Positions 14,001 to 26,049 of a DNA stretch of 64,000 nt are shown here, piece after piece; within the stretch, counting starts at the first letter, position 1, and every line of letters starts with the position of its first letter. Source of the DNA: Takakia lepidozioides (lineage: Eukaryota > Plantae > Bryophyta); the NCBI GenBank assembly GCA_030704615.1, contig CM060733.1, positions 5,270,001 to 5,334,000 on the forward strand. Direction: 5' to 3'. The notes beneath the pieces are model-generated. The model was not told the DNA's origin, made no database searches, and saw only the letters and a list, made by a program, of their open reading frames with translations. The position numbers and the translations under genes were made by a program.

Positions 14001-15556
14001 CTTGAGTATGACTTGGCACTGTAAACAGTAATCCTCCCCGATCTGTTTGTCAGTAGAATATCAGGTGATTACAGCAGACTTTGGAAGCATCTTTTTGTCA
14101 TTATGTTGAGAGATTATGATGGACTGCCAGGCAAGGCGGAAGGGCTGGCACTTCTGTTGCGTGCATCCCCTTGGCATGGTGCCCACCGCCGTTCTTACAT
14201 CCCATTGGAAACTGCTGCTAAGGTATCGTGGTGCACCCTGGTTCCCTGTTCGGCACTGCAGACATGGTTTTGTTTCAGACTTTCTTACATGCTTGTCTTC
14301 TCAAGTGCCAGCATCATCATTTAAGCTCCTCTTGGGAGGATGTTCATTACAGTTCTTTAGATCATTATGCCTTCTTCTGTTTTAGTGTTCAAAGACAGTT
14401 TCAGGGTACTGGGAGTATGGACCAGAAACAGTTTGAAGGGGAGTTCAAAGTAAGAAGAAAAGAGAGTAATTGTGAGTCTCTAGTTGCTGCCGGCTGCATG
14501 AGAGATTGGCAGAGAAGACTGGGTGGGAAGTGGGAGTAGACAACAGATTGAAGGGGGGCTCAAAATAAGAAAAATGGAGAGTGAAAAGTTAGCTTCTAGT
14601 TGTTGCCGTGGGCTGCATGAGAGAATAGCAGGGAGAAAGCTGGGGGTGTAGGGGCCTTCTTTTGGACAAGGGGTGAGATATAGAAAGAAAGTGAAAGAAA
14701 ATGCATCCGTCCAAATGGGGAGAGATAATATGTCGTGGTAGTCTCCTTGTGCGGCTGGAGTACTCTGTTCAGTAGGGTTGGGATACAGCATGGGTTGGCA
14801 CAGGAAGAATTGTATCGAGGACAGAACCTGGAAGCTCTATCAAATGCTGTCCACGAGGTTAGCATTCATATCCATTCGAGTACTGGGGCTTGACAAGTCT
14901 CCCTTCACTTTGTACTTGTGGTACATTCTGGAACAGTCTTTGTTGAACTGGAGTAACTTATCTGTGTTCCATGGGACTGGAAATCTTGCAAGAGTGTGAC
15001 AAGGCGGTTGATTACAGTCATTTATTAACTCACTCTGGCAACATTTTTTGGTCTGACAACGCACACATATGGCATCTTGGGGGCAATGTAGGTGGCATCA
15101 ATTGCCAACTTGCATCTGGAGAAGGCCCGCTCGCTGGCAGGAACTGTACCTGCAGCAGCCAGCCCTGTGCTTTTACCTGCGGTAATCCTCATCTTTACAT
15201 CTGATGGGGTTCGGCGCTGCATAAATGGTCATCCATAAGAGTTTATGTACACATACACTCACAGATTATATGTGTTGCATCACTTTGTCATGAGACTATT
15301 AGACTGTGCTTGCTGCAGCTTTGAAAGGAAATATATGCAGAGATAACTTTGGATAGGAAACTTAAGCACAGGTGTTTCATGGCAGGTGCTGAAAGTGAGT
15401 GGTTTGTCGCAGGTACCTGCGGGAATTTTACTACAAACTCTGCAAAGTGTCAACTTCAATGTATTTGATCCCAAGCTAACTCGTGGTATTTGTGGCGTTT
15501 CACCTTTGTGGATGCAATTGCAGCTCAAGTGGCAGGCTTACCGTGGAACTTTTTAA
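11012..15556 (+). CDS. NDUFAF6: NDUFAF6-like complex I assembly factor (squalene/phytoene synthase family), multi-exon
   Basis: Exons read [22 protein letters not shown] (from 11012), [14 protein letters not shown]...[13 protein letters not shown] (~11631-11730), [22 protein letters not shown]...[25 protein letters not shown]...[19 protein letters not shown]...YIP, and ...FNVFDPKL...[12 protein letters not shown] ending at 15556. The start codon is uncertain. Confidence 0.9.
14425..14655. repeat. Diverged tandem duplication (~115-bp unit, 2 copies) in an NDUFAF6 intron
   Basis: TTGAAGGGG...CTAGTTG(C/T)TGCCG...GCTGCATGAGAGA...CTGGG occurs twice about 115 bp apart. Confidence 0.65.
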
Positions 15557-16215
15557 CCATTAAATGTAGACTTTGGTTTGTCAAGCTGGACACCCCCAGT
15601 TCCCATTCCATTGTGAAGGGCACATATACACCTTTTTTCACCCTTGACGGCAAAATCTTCACCTCTGGCAACCTTTTTATTCATAACTAAAAGCATGCCA
15701 AGATCTACAAAAGTTGACTGTTGAATTACGTTCTTAACTACATCCCTTACCTCCTTAAAATTCATGGCTGGAGTTGGTGTCTCATCATTCAGATTCCTTT
15801 TGATCTTTTTGTCATCTAATGGTAGCAATATTGCAACACAACACTTACAAGCACTGCATTGTAATCACGCGAAAGAGAAGCACCTTTCTCTTGAGTGCTT
15901 GAGATTGAAGCTTTCACTAAATCTGTTCTCTTGGATTTGCTGCACTCGGCTGCTGCATATGACATTTTCATAACACCAATGCCATCTAAGGTAAAACAAA
16001 ATAATGGCAGGAAAACCAGAGATCTTTTCCATGCAGCAGGTACTGTATATTAACCACTGCAGACTTCAAATTGGAATAAACGACAACTGACCCCGCATGA
16101 ATAATGGGATTCTTTTAGAGTGGGGGCAAAAAAAGGTTTTGTTGTGTTGAAGAGGGATGCAGGTTGTGTAGTGGAGGCTTTGTCCATATCCTTCTTGTAT
16201 TTTCTTTTTGGCACG

Positions 16216-16488
16216 TTTTTTTTTTCAGTTCGAAAAGGGATATACCCAGATATACCCAGCAACTGAGGTGCGACTGCTCACAAATCAGGCCCCTAAATTA
16301 TAGCAAGAGGAGAAAATAACCTCTTTCATAGTAACCTTGCCATGAGGCGCCAAGCACAAGGCTCAAGGGACACCGCCCAAAGGAAGGAGGAGAAGATTAT
16401 ACCACACCTGACAATGTAGCAGGATTTGAACCCAGAATCACCGGGGTGGCAGTCGATGCTCTATCCAACTGAGCTACCGACTGGTGGT
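16216..16488 (-). mobile_element. tRNA-derived SINE, family A, copy 1
   Basis: Minus strand has A box TAGCTCAGTTGG (16476-16465), B box GGTTCAAATCC (16432-16422), a body homologous to 30025-30237 and an A-rich tail at 16225-16216. Confidence 0.8.
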
Positions 16489-17799
16489 GTCTAAAGACCA
16501 GAGTGGTGATGCAAGCCTCACCACCGCCCCAATTGCTTTGCGCGCTATAACCCCGCTAGGGCATTGGGGCAATGGTGCTCTTCACACTATATCACATGCA
16601 ATCAATTCCGGACAGAAATTAGATGTTGTTTCCTTATAAAATTTTTGAGGTACATGAGGTGAATAACATCCCTCACTTCCCAAAATTCAGAGAAATCCAC
16701 CTACACCTCTTCTTCTTTTTTAATTTTCTAACCTCATTTTGCATATGAATCAGATTGGTTATTATGAACAGTTGTAATTAGAATTTGATAACGTTTCATT
16801 TTGAATTTTGTTTTGCAGTTTATGACGAAAAATGACTCCAACAAAATTGACGACGCGTAAAGTTCGGGAAATTCAAGAACGACCTCATCCATGTGCAAGA
16901 GCGAAGATTAATAACTAACTTAGCCAAAAGATGCGAGACAATTCAAAGTGCAATTTTGTAAATCACAATTTTTTTGTAGCTCTCATTGCAAAATACAAGA
17001 GATCCAGATGAACCATCCACATGATTGTATGTAACTGTTGATCCAATGATGGACCATTGGCGGCTACATGATGCATTATTGAGAGAAAGAGTTCGTATAA
17101 GGAAAAAAAAAATGTGAGAAGATGTTCCAAGTAAAGATTCAGCAATTGGATAGGTTTGAACTAATTATATACAAATTGCATGGACTGAAAGAGTTGAGAT
17201 ACAACGAGAGCATAATTAAAGTAGAAGAGCAAAGTGAAAAATCCCTCTATCACAACCACCCACCATAATACCCATGACCATTTCGAACCCTGAAAAACCA
17301 ATTCCAAAGTACAAAATTCTAGCATTTTCGGTGGGTAACCCACCAAATTCCACTCATTTTGTCACTACAATGACAAACATGGGAGCCAAACATGGAACAT
17401 ACCAGAAGTAACATTTCTTAGTTCCACATTTGTATTATGCAACAACATCATATTATGTAAACAGTTCGATGTTATTATGAATATGCAATATCCATGGAAC
17501 ACATGTCATATGTTGTGATCATTGGATGAATGATTTTGTTACAATAATGATGAATCAAAGTTTAATTTTGGATGAATGGTAAAGAAAAGGTTAGTCATCA
17601 ATGAAATGATGATTTGACTAAATTTTGTTTGGACATGCAAAAATACTTACAAATGAATGAGTTTACAACCATCAATATAACACCTCCCAACCTCTTCTAC
17701 GTAACCCTACAGGGGTCAACCTACTCGCCACAATCGACCCAAACCAGCTTAAATACGTGCATACCCCATCCCTTCCCAAATCTGTTACAGGTACAGTTG

Positions 17800-19460
17800 A
17801 ATCTCAATTGTCACATTGGGTTTCTTGCCGCCAATATGGATTCTACCCCTGTAATTTGACCCCAGTGCGTGAAACATTTTCCAGAGCTCCTTTTTTGGGG
17901 ATCGAACGATAATAACACAATCCCTATGTCACTCCTCACACTCGAAATCATGGTCATTGAGATGCTTGTAAACTTGTGTCGATGGTCGAAGGAACTTGTG
18001 TACCTCTTTCAATGCCCTCTTATTTGGCCACAAACCGTCTTGATCTAGCTGAACGTGTGCAATAGTCTTACCAAATAACATGCGTGCATAATATTGGGTA
18101 TAGGTCACTTCATTTAATTTCTAGTTTGTAGGGATCCTCAACACCTCCCTTTCAAAAGATAGCACTAGAAGATGTCGTGGCATCTATGCCGGACTACACC
18201 ATCCACGAGCTCTCCACTCCTTGCAACATGTTCGAGTGGCGAGGAATTGGATCCCATGCTCTCCTCAAGTCTCATCCGCCATGCTGCAAGAAGCTCCCGC
18301 GCACTTTGCATTACACCGTGCTTTCGTGTGTAGGAGAAAAATATACAACAAATTTCCACCACCATCATTCCCACTCCACCCAAAACTGTGTCCTTCCTCA
18401 AGTTCAGGTGATCCAAGATGTAAGGTAAACACCACAAGACAAATAACTGATACTCTTCAGCTTTATAGTACCCCAAAGATGTCAATTTCCTTAGCCAACG
18501 TCCTCCCAATCCCTTGGCCCTGCACTTTGAGATGATAACAAAGAGACTCCTCTAAGCTCTTCATCTGTCTTAGCTAGCTGCTCAGGAGTCTTCACCAACA
18601 ACCCAACATAATTATTCAATACACACGTTGGTGCATCACATCGTACACAAGGTCTTAGGAAATGTCAAATCCATACATGTGATACAGCCGCCACAAAATA
18701 GAATGTCTTGATATACCTCATCTCTGACCTTCTTCCACCCCTCTCCCTCCCAGGAGATAACTCCTGCCAAGCTGTCATAGCAGCAAGCAAACTCTTTGTG
18801 GTTTGGGTTGGAAGAGCATGACGTGCATCCTTCCTAGTATTTTGGCACACGTGATATCCGTCAGCAATATTCGTCGTGTCATCCTGAAGACATTCATCCC
18901 CCCGAAGTGGGACTGGAACATCACAAGCACATCATTTGGAGGAGACAAAAGATGTCAATCAGTCCTAACACTACCGCCATGGAGGAAAAACGGCATGCAG
19001 TGAAGTTGTTTTGCATGCTATATGGCAGGACCGAAGTTCCTTTGTTTCCGGCATGCACTATGTGCAAACTTTCAGTTTGTGAACGGTGTTACCAGTCGGA
19101 TCACGCGAGAATGGATGGGTGCGAGGCCATGCGTGGTCTGGGTTGGATATGAGGACATCGTGTTAACCGAGAGAGATTGTATTGAAGCACCTGCACATGT
19201 TTTCGTCCGGGCTACAGAGGAACACCGGCCAAAACTGAACCTCTGGCGTCTCAACGCATCCTCATGTCGTCGGACGCGGCTACATAAACTCCACGTTCCG
19301 TTCGATCTCTGCTCCAGACCGATATGGAAATGCCGGTCGACAACTTCACCGAGGATCCTGATCTCATTGTAAAGGACATATCATGTATCCATTGGACGTT
19401 CGGGATGTCGCCACGTGAAAGTAACCAGAAGGTTGCATCCCGGAGTCCCTTTGCCACTCC
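17800..19460 (-). mobile_element. Decayed CACTA/EnSpm-like transposase relic
   Basis: Frame fragments ILWRLYHMYGFDIS*DLVYDVMH and RWLRKLTSLGYYKAEEYQLFVLWCLPYIL resemble the D-x-MH and KAxEY motifs of tnp2-type transposases. Many stops and frameshifts; termini not found. Confidence 0.6.
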
Positions 19461-20956
19461 ATTTCCTCCTTCCTAAGAGATGCCAGCGGGTTCATGGATT
19501 GTCTTTGATTTGACTGGGCATTCAAGAGATGTCACAAAGAATGGAAGACCTTCTTATGTGTTGTATTTGCTAGGTATCGGACCTCCTCCATCCGTAGAAA
19601 CGACCAATATTTACACACCCAACATTGGATATATAGCCACATCGACAACAACCCTAGAAAGTGCCTCACAGATCTTAAGTATGACAATGATTGTGACGTT
19701 GAAAAGGTTCTGATGTTTGAAAATTCTTTCAGATCAATGAGTTATGTGCGGGGTCATAATGGGGTTTGTGACCTTTAGGAAGGTGACGCTTGAACCTTGT
19801 TAACAAAAAAGAATGTTCATGAGTTGTTATGTGCTTGATGAAGCACAAACAAAGTGACCATCACATTGCAATGTCAAAATCCAAAGAATGTGAGGTGGAT
19901 ATGAAATTGTTGGGTTCCATACACCTCGTTTCATGTTGTTATGAAAAGACCCAATGGTTTAAGATCAAGAGCGACTGTTAATAGACCATCGTAAAATACT
20001 TAGATTTACTCTAAATTAAGAATAAAACTTTCTTAAAATCATCTTGAGATATTTCATTAAATTCTTGTAATGGTTAATTGTTAATGTAGGTACTTTTCTT
20101 TTTCCGTTGGATGGATGATTGCGAACCAACCTAACTATATGTTTCGATGAATAATAACATGAATTCCCATGTATAATGGAGTATAATAGATCATATAAGA
20201 CTAACATAATAAAATATGGACGAACAGTTCCTGATAAATATAAAAATTTATGTTCTAGACAACGTTTTAAAGTAATCGAATGCATAAGCGTTGTGTCCGT
20301 GAGAGTTAGTGATCAAACTCAACCATTAAATTGAACATGTACTCTTTTGTAAGTTGGTAGCCATTGAAAATATCATGCATTGGTGTTATTAGAAACATTA
20401 GCATTTTATTGTCAATCCATTTGTATTGTTTTAAAAAATAATAATAATAATAAAAAAATCATGCTTGTCAAATTAAGAATTCATGAGGAAAAAATAACCT
20501 TGACAGGCCATGTGATATAATATGGGGGGACTGACAGCCACGATATGCAACTGAACTCAGCTAGAGATTCCCTGTAAAAATATCTAGGAACGAACCTAGC
20601 AAAGGAAAAAAAACCAGAGCGCAAGAAATCTAGTAGGTTATCTATCTAAAGCATCAAGGGCTACGAAACGAAGAAAACCATATCCAAACAAAGAAACACC
20701 GAGAACCTAGGTGTCAGAGGTCACCATGAAGAAGTCATAAAACAAGAAGTTCTAGAAAATAATAAAAACATCTCAGAGATTGTGAGCTAGAAAGCTCCAA
20801 CAAAACTCTCTCTTGCGGTGAAGATGTTCAAAGTTTAATTGAGCCTTAATCTTAGAGTTCTCATTTTTTTAGCAGCGTATTGAGTTTGCATAGAAAGTTT
20901 TATTGACGTGTCAAATTGCTAAAGTGATTGAAATAATAATTGAGGCCTGTAAAGCC

Positions 20957-21153
20957 AGATTCTTGCCCACCCCGTTATTCCTCTTCCTCTCGGGGTATTG
21001 AGCTATAAGGGGGATATATGCTCGGTAAAGCAGGCTAGCGAGATAGGCAGGATCCAACGCAGAGGAGACAGAATCACTCACACAGCCTAACAGCACATCC
21101 TCACTCACATCCTTTTCATCCAAAAACTCCCACACAAGTACAATAGGGTTTCA
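20957..21153 (-). repeat. 3' LTR (shared 197-bp segment)
   Basis: Direct repeat of 28427-28623 with 9 mismatches in 197 bp by manual alignment. Confidence 0.9.
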
Positions 21154-21728
21154 CACCAAACATACACCGCCGCCTTAAGCGTCGTGTTGATCCCTTTCAT
21201 AAACGAAGGCCCACAATCTTATCTGACCAAGTGGCAAGCTCTGATTGGTCACCTGGATGCCATCGGGGTGTCTGTCCAGATAGGACGTCACTTCATTCTA
21301 ATTTAGAGATAAACTAGTTGTTAACATAAGACCATACTTAGTTTAAAAATAGATTGTCTCCAGCTGTTTCATCCAAGCCCTTTTTCAACAGTCATCATCC
21401 AGCGTCTGTTCATCCAATGACGAAAAGGTAGGTAGAAGGAATCTGGCCATTACATATGTAAAGCCTCCTGGCACACAGAGAAGCGAGCTCCGGTGAGCTA
21501 GCTAAAACACTATACTCAAAACAGGGAACAGGGTCACTCAAGGTCACACCAAGATAGGATGAAAAAACTGCAACAAGGAAAACCTTGCTCTGCAATTTCA
21601 GCGAAACGACAAAAACTTGGTGTGGAAAAACCCTAGCTTGTGAGGTGTGCAACCTGAAGAACTAGAAAGAAAACTGAGAGAGATCATATGGAGGGAGTAG
21701 TTGAATAAAGACAATGTCATGAGGAAGT

Positions 21729-22880
21729 CTAGGTAGCAACTGAATCAGAATCAAGCCGAGCACGTTTCTTCGGAGTTAAAACCACGTGCTGATTCTCCAC
21801 GTTGATGCAGGTCAAATCAAATTGCAGCTTAGAAGGGACCAGTTGAGAAACATGAATAGTCCCTACAATCTCTGCCGTAGAAGGATGTTGAGGAAGAAGA
21901 AGGTACTGCCGACCAGGCAGAATCGCATGAATCAGATAAGGCCCATCGATCCGCATCTTGGATTTGGTAACCTGTTTGCCAGGCTGCAATCGAACACAAA
22001 CAGTCTGGCCTAGAGAAAAAAATTCAGAGTAAACAACCCTACGGTTATAATTTCTAGCCTGAGCAACTTGATAAACCTGAATGTTGTGCTTAGCAGTCTC
22101 TAATAAACATAAACGATGAGAAGTGAGGTGAGTAAGAAAGTCTTCCCATATGATGGGCTCATCAACCTGAGTTTGAAGCACATGGACATGAAGAGGGGTG
22201 CGAGCCTTGCGGCCATACAATAATTCAAAAAGGGAAAAGCGAGTGCTGGCATGCACCGAGGTCCTGTAAGCAAATATGAGAATGGGTATAGTAACATCCC
22301 AGTCTTCAGTGAGAGCCCCATTCTTTTCTAACAATTGGCACATGGTTTTGTTGAACCTCTCTGTAAGCTCGTTGCACTGGGGGTTGTAGGGAGCAGTTAA
22401 GCGATGCTTGACATCTAAATTAAAGCACACAACCTCCATAAGCTGATTACAAAACTCCGTACCCTAATTAGTTAAAATTTCAAGGGGACAACCGTGGCGT
22501 AGCAGGATTTCATCAAAGAAGAATTGAACCACCTCATCACTGTCCTTAGCAACCAACGGTCGGATCTCAACCCACTTAGACAGGTAATCAGTAGCCACAC
22601 CAATGTAGCTATTGCCCTTAGTCGTAGTTCTGAGGGGTCCAACAAGATCAAAACCAACTCGGGCAAACATCTAAGTCACCGGAATTGGTTGTAATTTAAG
22701 AGGAGCTATGGTCCTAGGCAGCAGTGTTTTAGACTTACATGGAACACACTTAGCAATGAAATCTGCCACATCCTTAATTAACCCCTTCCAATGGTACTTT
22801 TCCTGGAGTCACTTGATAGTTTTGTCAACGCCTAGATGACCAGCATATAGTGAGCAATGGTAAAGCTCAAGCAACGCAGG
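21729..22880 (-). pseudogene. Integrase (HHCC, DDE core, C-terminal tail ending PKKRAR), interrupted by stops
   Basis: GHLGVDKT...KYHW, FARVGFDLVGPL...ATDYLSKWVE, PYNPQCNELTERFNKT, AYRTSVHAST. No chromodomain visible. Confidence 0.9.
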
Positions 22881-23499
22881 CATAGAGCTCCTAGTAGGGA
22901 CCTCCACGGCAGTCTCTCTGCCCCTGAATATGAACTGCCTTAAGCAATTTAATTACCTTCATGCTCCCGATGAGAGGGGAGATGATAGTTGACTTGCCTG
23001 AGGAGACGGGAAGAGAAGCCCAACAGATGAGTGTTGGTCTTACACTTCTGGAGGAGGGCTTGGTGAAGTTGGTCCTCCATGGTTGCAGCTGCCATAGCCA
23101 GCCCTTGGGTTAGTGTGAGCCTATCGGAGTGTCCGCCTCAGTTATCTTCAGGGAATGGCTGCCAGCTCAACTGAATGACAAGGGGGACTTCATGAAGATG
23201 CAACCAAGGACAATGAAGCACAAAAGCAGATTTCCCTATGGAGAGGATTCAGTGCCAAAACCATAACGAGAAGTAGAAAGGGACAACGCAATCAGCGCAA
23301 TCATAGAAGAGAGAGTGATATCACACCTAAAATATGACCACAGTGACATGACAGCACTCTAAACCAACTTCATCCAGCAGAAAAAGAGAGCAAATCCCAT
23401 TCAGACATGAGATCGGGTGGAAAAAGAGGAACATTGGCAAACAAAGCATCGACCCTTCAGGAGAGGAAGAGGGCAAGGGTGAAGCACCAGATGGTAAGC

Positions 23500-24130
23500 A
23501 ATGTGCAAGGTCATCTAAAGTAACATAAGGGTCAGAGGACTTAGTCTCTGTGCGTGGGAGAGCGTCAGCATTACTGTTGGCTTTGCCCTTCTTATACTCA
23601 ATGTCGTACCCAAACATCTGAAGAGTAAGTGACCAGCCAGCCAAGCGGCCTGAGAGTGCTCGTGGGGTTTTGAGAGCCTTCAATGGAAGATGATGAATAA
23701 CAAAGGGGCAGCCATGTAGATACTGCCGAAAATGCTTGATCCCAAAAATGACGGCAAGTCCTTCTTTATCAGTAATACTATAGTTCGTCTCATGTTTGTC
23801 AAGCCGTCTAAAAACCATAGGCCACGACATGTTCCCTGCCATTTCTCTTTTGGTATAGAATAGCTGAAACAGCCAGGTCAGAGGCATCGGTCTGAAGAAT
23901 AAAAGGTAGGGAGAAATCAGGAAAGACCAGAATGGGTGCACTGGTGAGGGCAATTTTGAGTTTCTCAAAAGCAGTGATTTGGGACTTGCCCCAAAGAAAA
24001 CGAACATCTTTGCATAACAACTGATTAAGCGTAGCAGCAATGTGAGCAAAGTGTTTAATGAAACGACGATAGTAAGAGGCTAACCCAAGAAAAGCACGGA
24101 CACAATTTTTGTCACGTGGAGTTGGATAGT
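23500..24130 (-). pseudogene. RT connection and RNase H domain, frameshifted
   Basis: AFEKLKIALTSAPILVFPDFSLPFILQTDASDLAVSAILYQ, NYSITDKEGLAVIFGIKHFRQYLHG, IEYKKGKANSNADAL. Confidence 0.9.
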
Positions 24131-24131
24131 T

Positions 24132-26000
24132 TCAGACAGCCTGAATTTTGGCAGGGCCAGGGCTAATGCCTTGGGCTGAGAGAAGGTGGCCAAGAAAGTG
24201 AAGCTCCGTCATGCACAAGTCACATTTCTTGGCTTTCACTTTGAGACCTGCGCCTCTAAACCTGCACAAAACGTGCTTCAGATCCAGCATGTGAGAATCA
24301 AAGTCAGCGGAGTAAACGTTGATGTCATCAACATATACCAATGCACATTCCCAGCGCAAGTTTCCTAGAACAACATCCATGAGACGTTGAAAGGTAGCAA
24401 TGGCATTACATAATCCAAAAGGCATGGTTTCAAACTGAAAGAGACCTATCTTACAGGTAAACGCAGTTTTTTCCTTGGCTGACTCTGTGAGGGGGACTTG
24501 CCAAAAACCCGCAGCAAGATCCAAGGAAGAGAAGAGAGTGGCACCATTGAGTTGATCCAAAGTATCATTAATGCGCGGTAAAGGATATACATCTTTCTTA
24601 GTCAGGGCATTGAGCCGTCGAAAATCAACACAGAAATGAGTGGTACCATCCTTTTTGGCAACCAACACAATGAGGCTGGCCCAGGGGGAAATAGAGGGTT
24701 TAATAACGACTGCATCCAGCATCTTGGTCAGTTCGAGTTGCATAATTTCACGCTCTTTGACGCTCTCTCTATAAGCATATTGTTTGACAGGGCTACCTTT
24801 AGTGATAATGTCATGGTGGAGAACCTCAGTACGTCCCAAATCATGAGAACCATCACTGAAAACATCCAAATTGTCACGAATGATATGATATAAACGAGAT
24901 CTCTCAATGTCAGTGAGACCAGAGCCTATTTTGATATCAGTCAGAACTTGATCAAGATGAGCAGATTGCGCAGGAGTGAGGGGACTGACCTGGGGTGCAG
25001 CGACAGATTGGGCTAAGAGATGCAATTGATCAACAGGATCATCTGATAGGCCAATGTCAGCAAAACTTAAAGCATGTTGCACCTCTCCTAAATCTGTCAA
25101 GGGGGTGGCAGTGAGTCGAGCGAGGACCTGACCCTTGCAGACGGTGATAGGGATGCATTCTGGGTTGGCAACAAGAAGTCGAAGCTCCCCTCGAAAGCCC
25201 CGATCTAGCACACCAGATGCAATCAAACAATGTTTGGAAAGCATCAAATGTTTCCACCCCTCAACTTCAAGATAATGACCTTGTGGACAAAGAAAGGTGA
25301 GGCCAAGAGAAACAATTTTTTGGGAGGAGGCGGGTATGACAAAGTCAGCGGGATTGCGAAGAAGAGTGGTGTTACCTGGGATTGGAATGGGAGGGCCACT
25401 CTTCTTACCAGGCAAAGGTGGCTGCCATTGATACAGGGTGAGGGGAGCCGTCTTGGCAAAGTTAAAGTAGCGTGTCCAGTTGTATTGCTCACCCACCTGC
25501 CGCTTGGTTTCAGCAACAAGGGTTCGCATGTGGGAGAGATGTGCAGTGGCACAACCAGCAGGCAAGGAGACAGAGTTGAGCTGCACCTTGTGGGAGGAGG
25601 AGCTGCCACTGGCAAGCCACATGACGTTTTCAACCACATCAATTGTTGCCCCTGCAGCACACATCCAATCCAAACCTAACAGCAACTGTTCACCAATGGT
25701 GACAATACAAGTCAGTGTGACCGACTTGTAACTGACTTTGATGGGGATGGTGACCAAACCTAGAGGCTCATAACGTGTGCCATCTGCAATGGTCACCTGC
25801 AGACCCTTGGCTGGAGTAAGCTTGAGACCAAGTAGTCGAACCACGGACAATGGAACAGCAGACATGGTACAGCCTGTGTCAACAACACATGAAAACGAGA
25901 GGTGCCCTATGTGACATTGAGTCATGAGAGGGTGCACTCTCTCCTTCGTAAGCTTCCTATTGGCTTCATAATGCATCATCTTGAATTCATTGGACAACAT
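24132..26000 (-). CDS. pol ORF: aspartic protease, dUTPase-like domain and reverse transcriptase (ends at a premature stop)
   Basis: VVDTGC protease site (25880-25872); dUTPase-like SGVLDRGFRGELRLLVAN...KGQVLARL (~25388-25086); RT motifs SPWAS, CVDFRRLN, YPLPRI, MPFGL, YVDD. Confidence 0.92.
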   Translation of the reverse strand: MLSNEFKMMHYEANRKLTKERVHPLMTQCHIGHLSFSCVVDTGCTMSAVPLSVVRLLGLKLTPAKGLQVTIADGTRYEPLGLVTIPIKVSYKSVTLTCIVTIGEQLLLGLDWMCAAGATIDVVENVMWLASGSSSSHKVQLNSVSLPAGCATAHLSHMRTLVAETKRQVGEQYNWTRYFNFAKTAPLTLYQWQPPLPGKKSGPPIPIPGNTTLLRNPADFVIPASSQKIVSLGLTFLCPQGHYLEVEGWKHLMLSKHCLIASGVLDRGFRGELRLLVANPECIPITVCKGQVLARLTATPLTDLGEVQHALSFADIGLSDDPVDQLHLLAQSVAAPQVSPLTPAQSAHLDQVLTDIKIGSGLTDIERSRLYHIIRDNLDVFSDGSHDLGRTEVLHHDIITKGSPVKQYAYRESVKEREIMQLELTKMLDAVVIKPSISPWASLIVLVAKKDGTTHFCVDFRRLNALTKKDVYPLPRINDTLDQLNGATLFSSLDLAAGFWQVPLTESAKEKTAFTCKIGLFQFETMPFGLCNAIATFQRLMDVVLGNLRWECALVYVDDINVYSADFDSHMLDLKHVLCRFRGAGLKVKAKKCDLCMTELHFLGHLLSAQGISPGPAKIQAV

Positions 26001-26049
26001 ATGGAGTCATCCTTCGCAGGGTTTGGGGGAGACTGGCTGCTTGGCCCCT

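Noticed and set aside
16420-16485. Functional tRNA gene
   Set aside because: A and B boxes are present but the acceptor and anticodon stems do not pair well, and the head continues into a body shared with other copies plus an A tail, so it is a SINE.
20911-21135. Duplicated small ORF MWEFLD... (also 28396-28605)
   Set aside because: Chance frames inside the two LTR copies.
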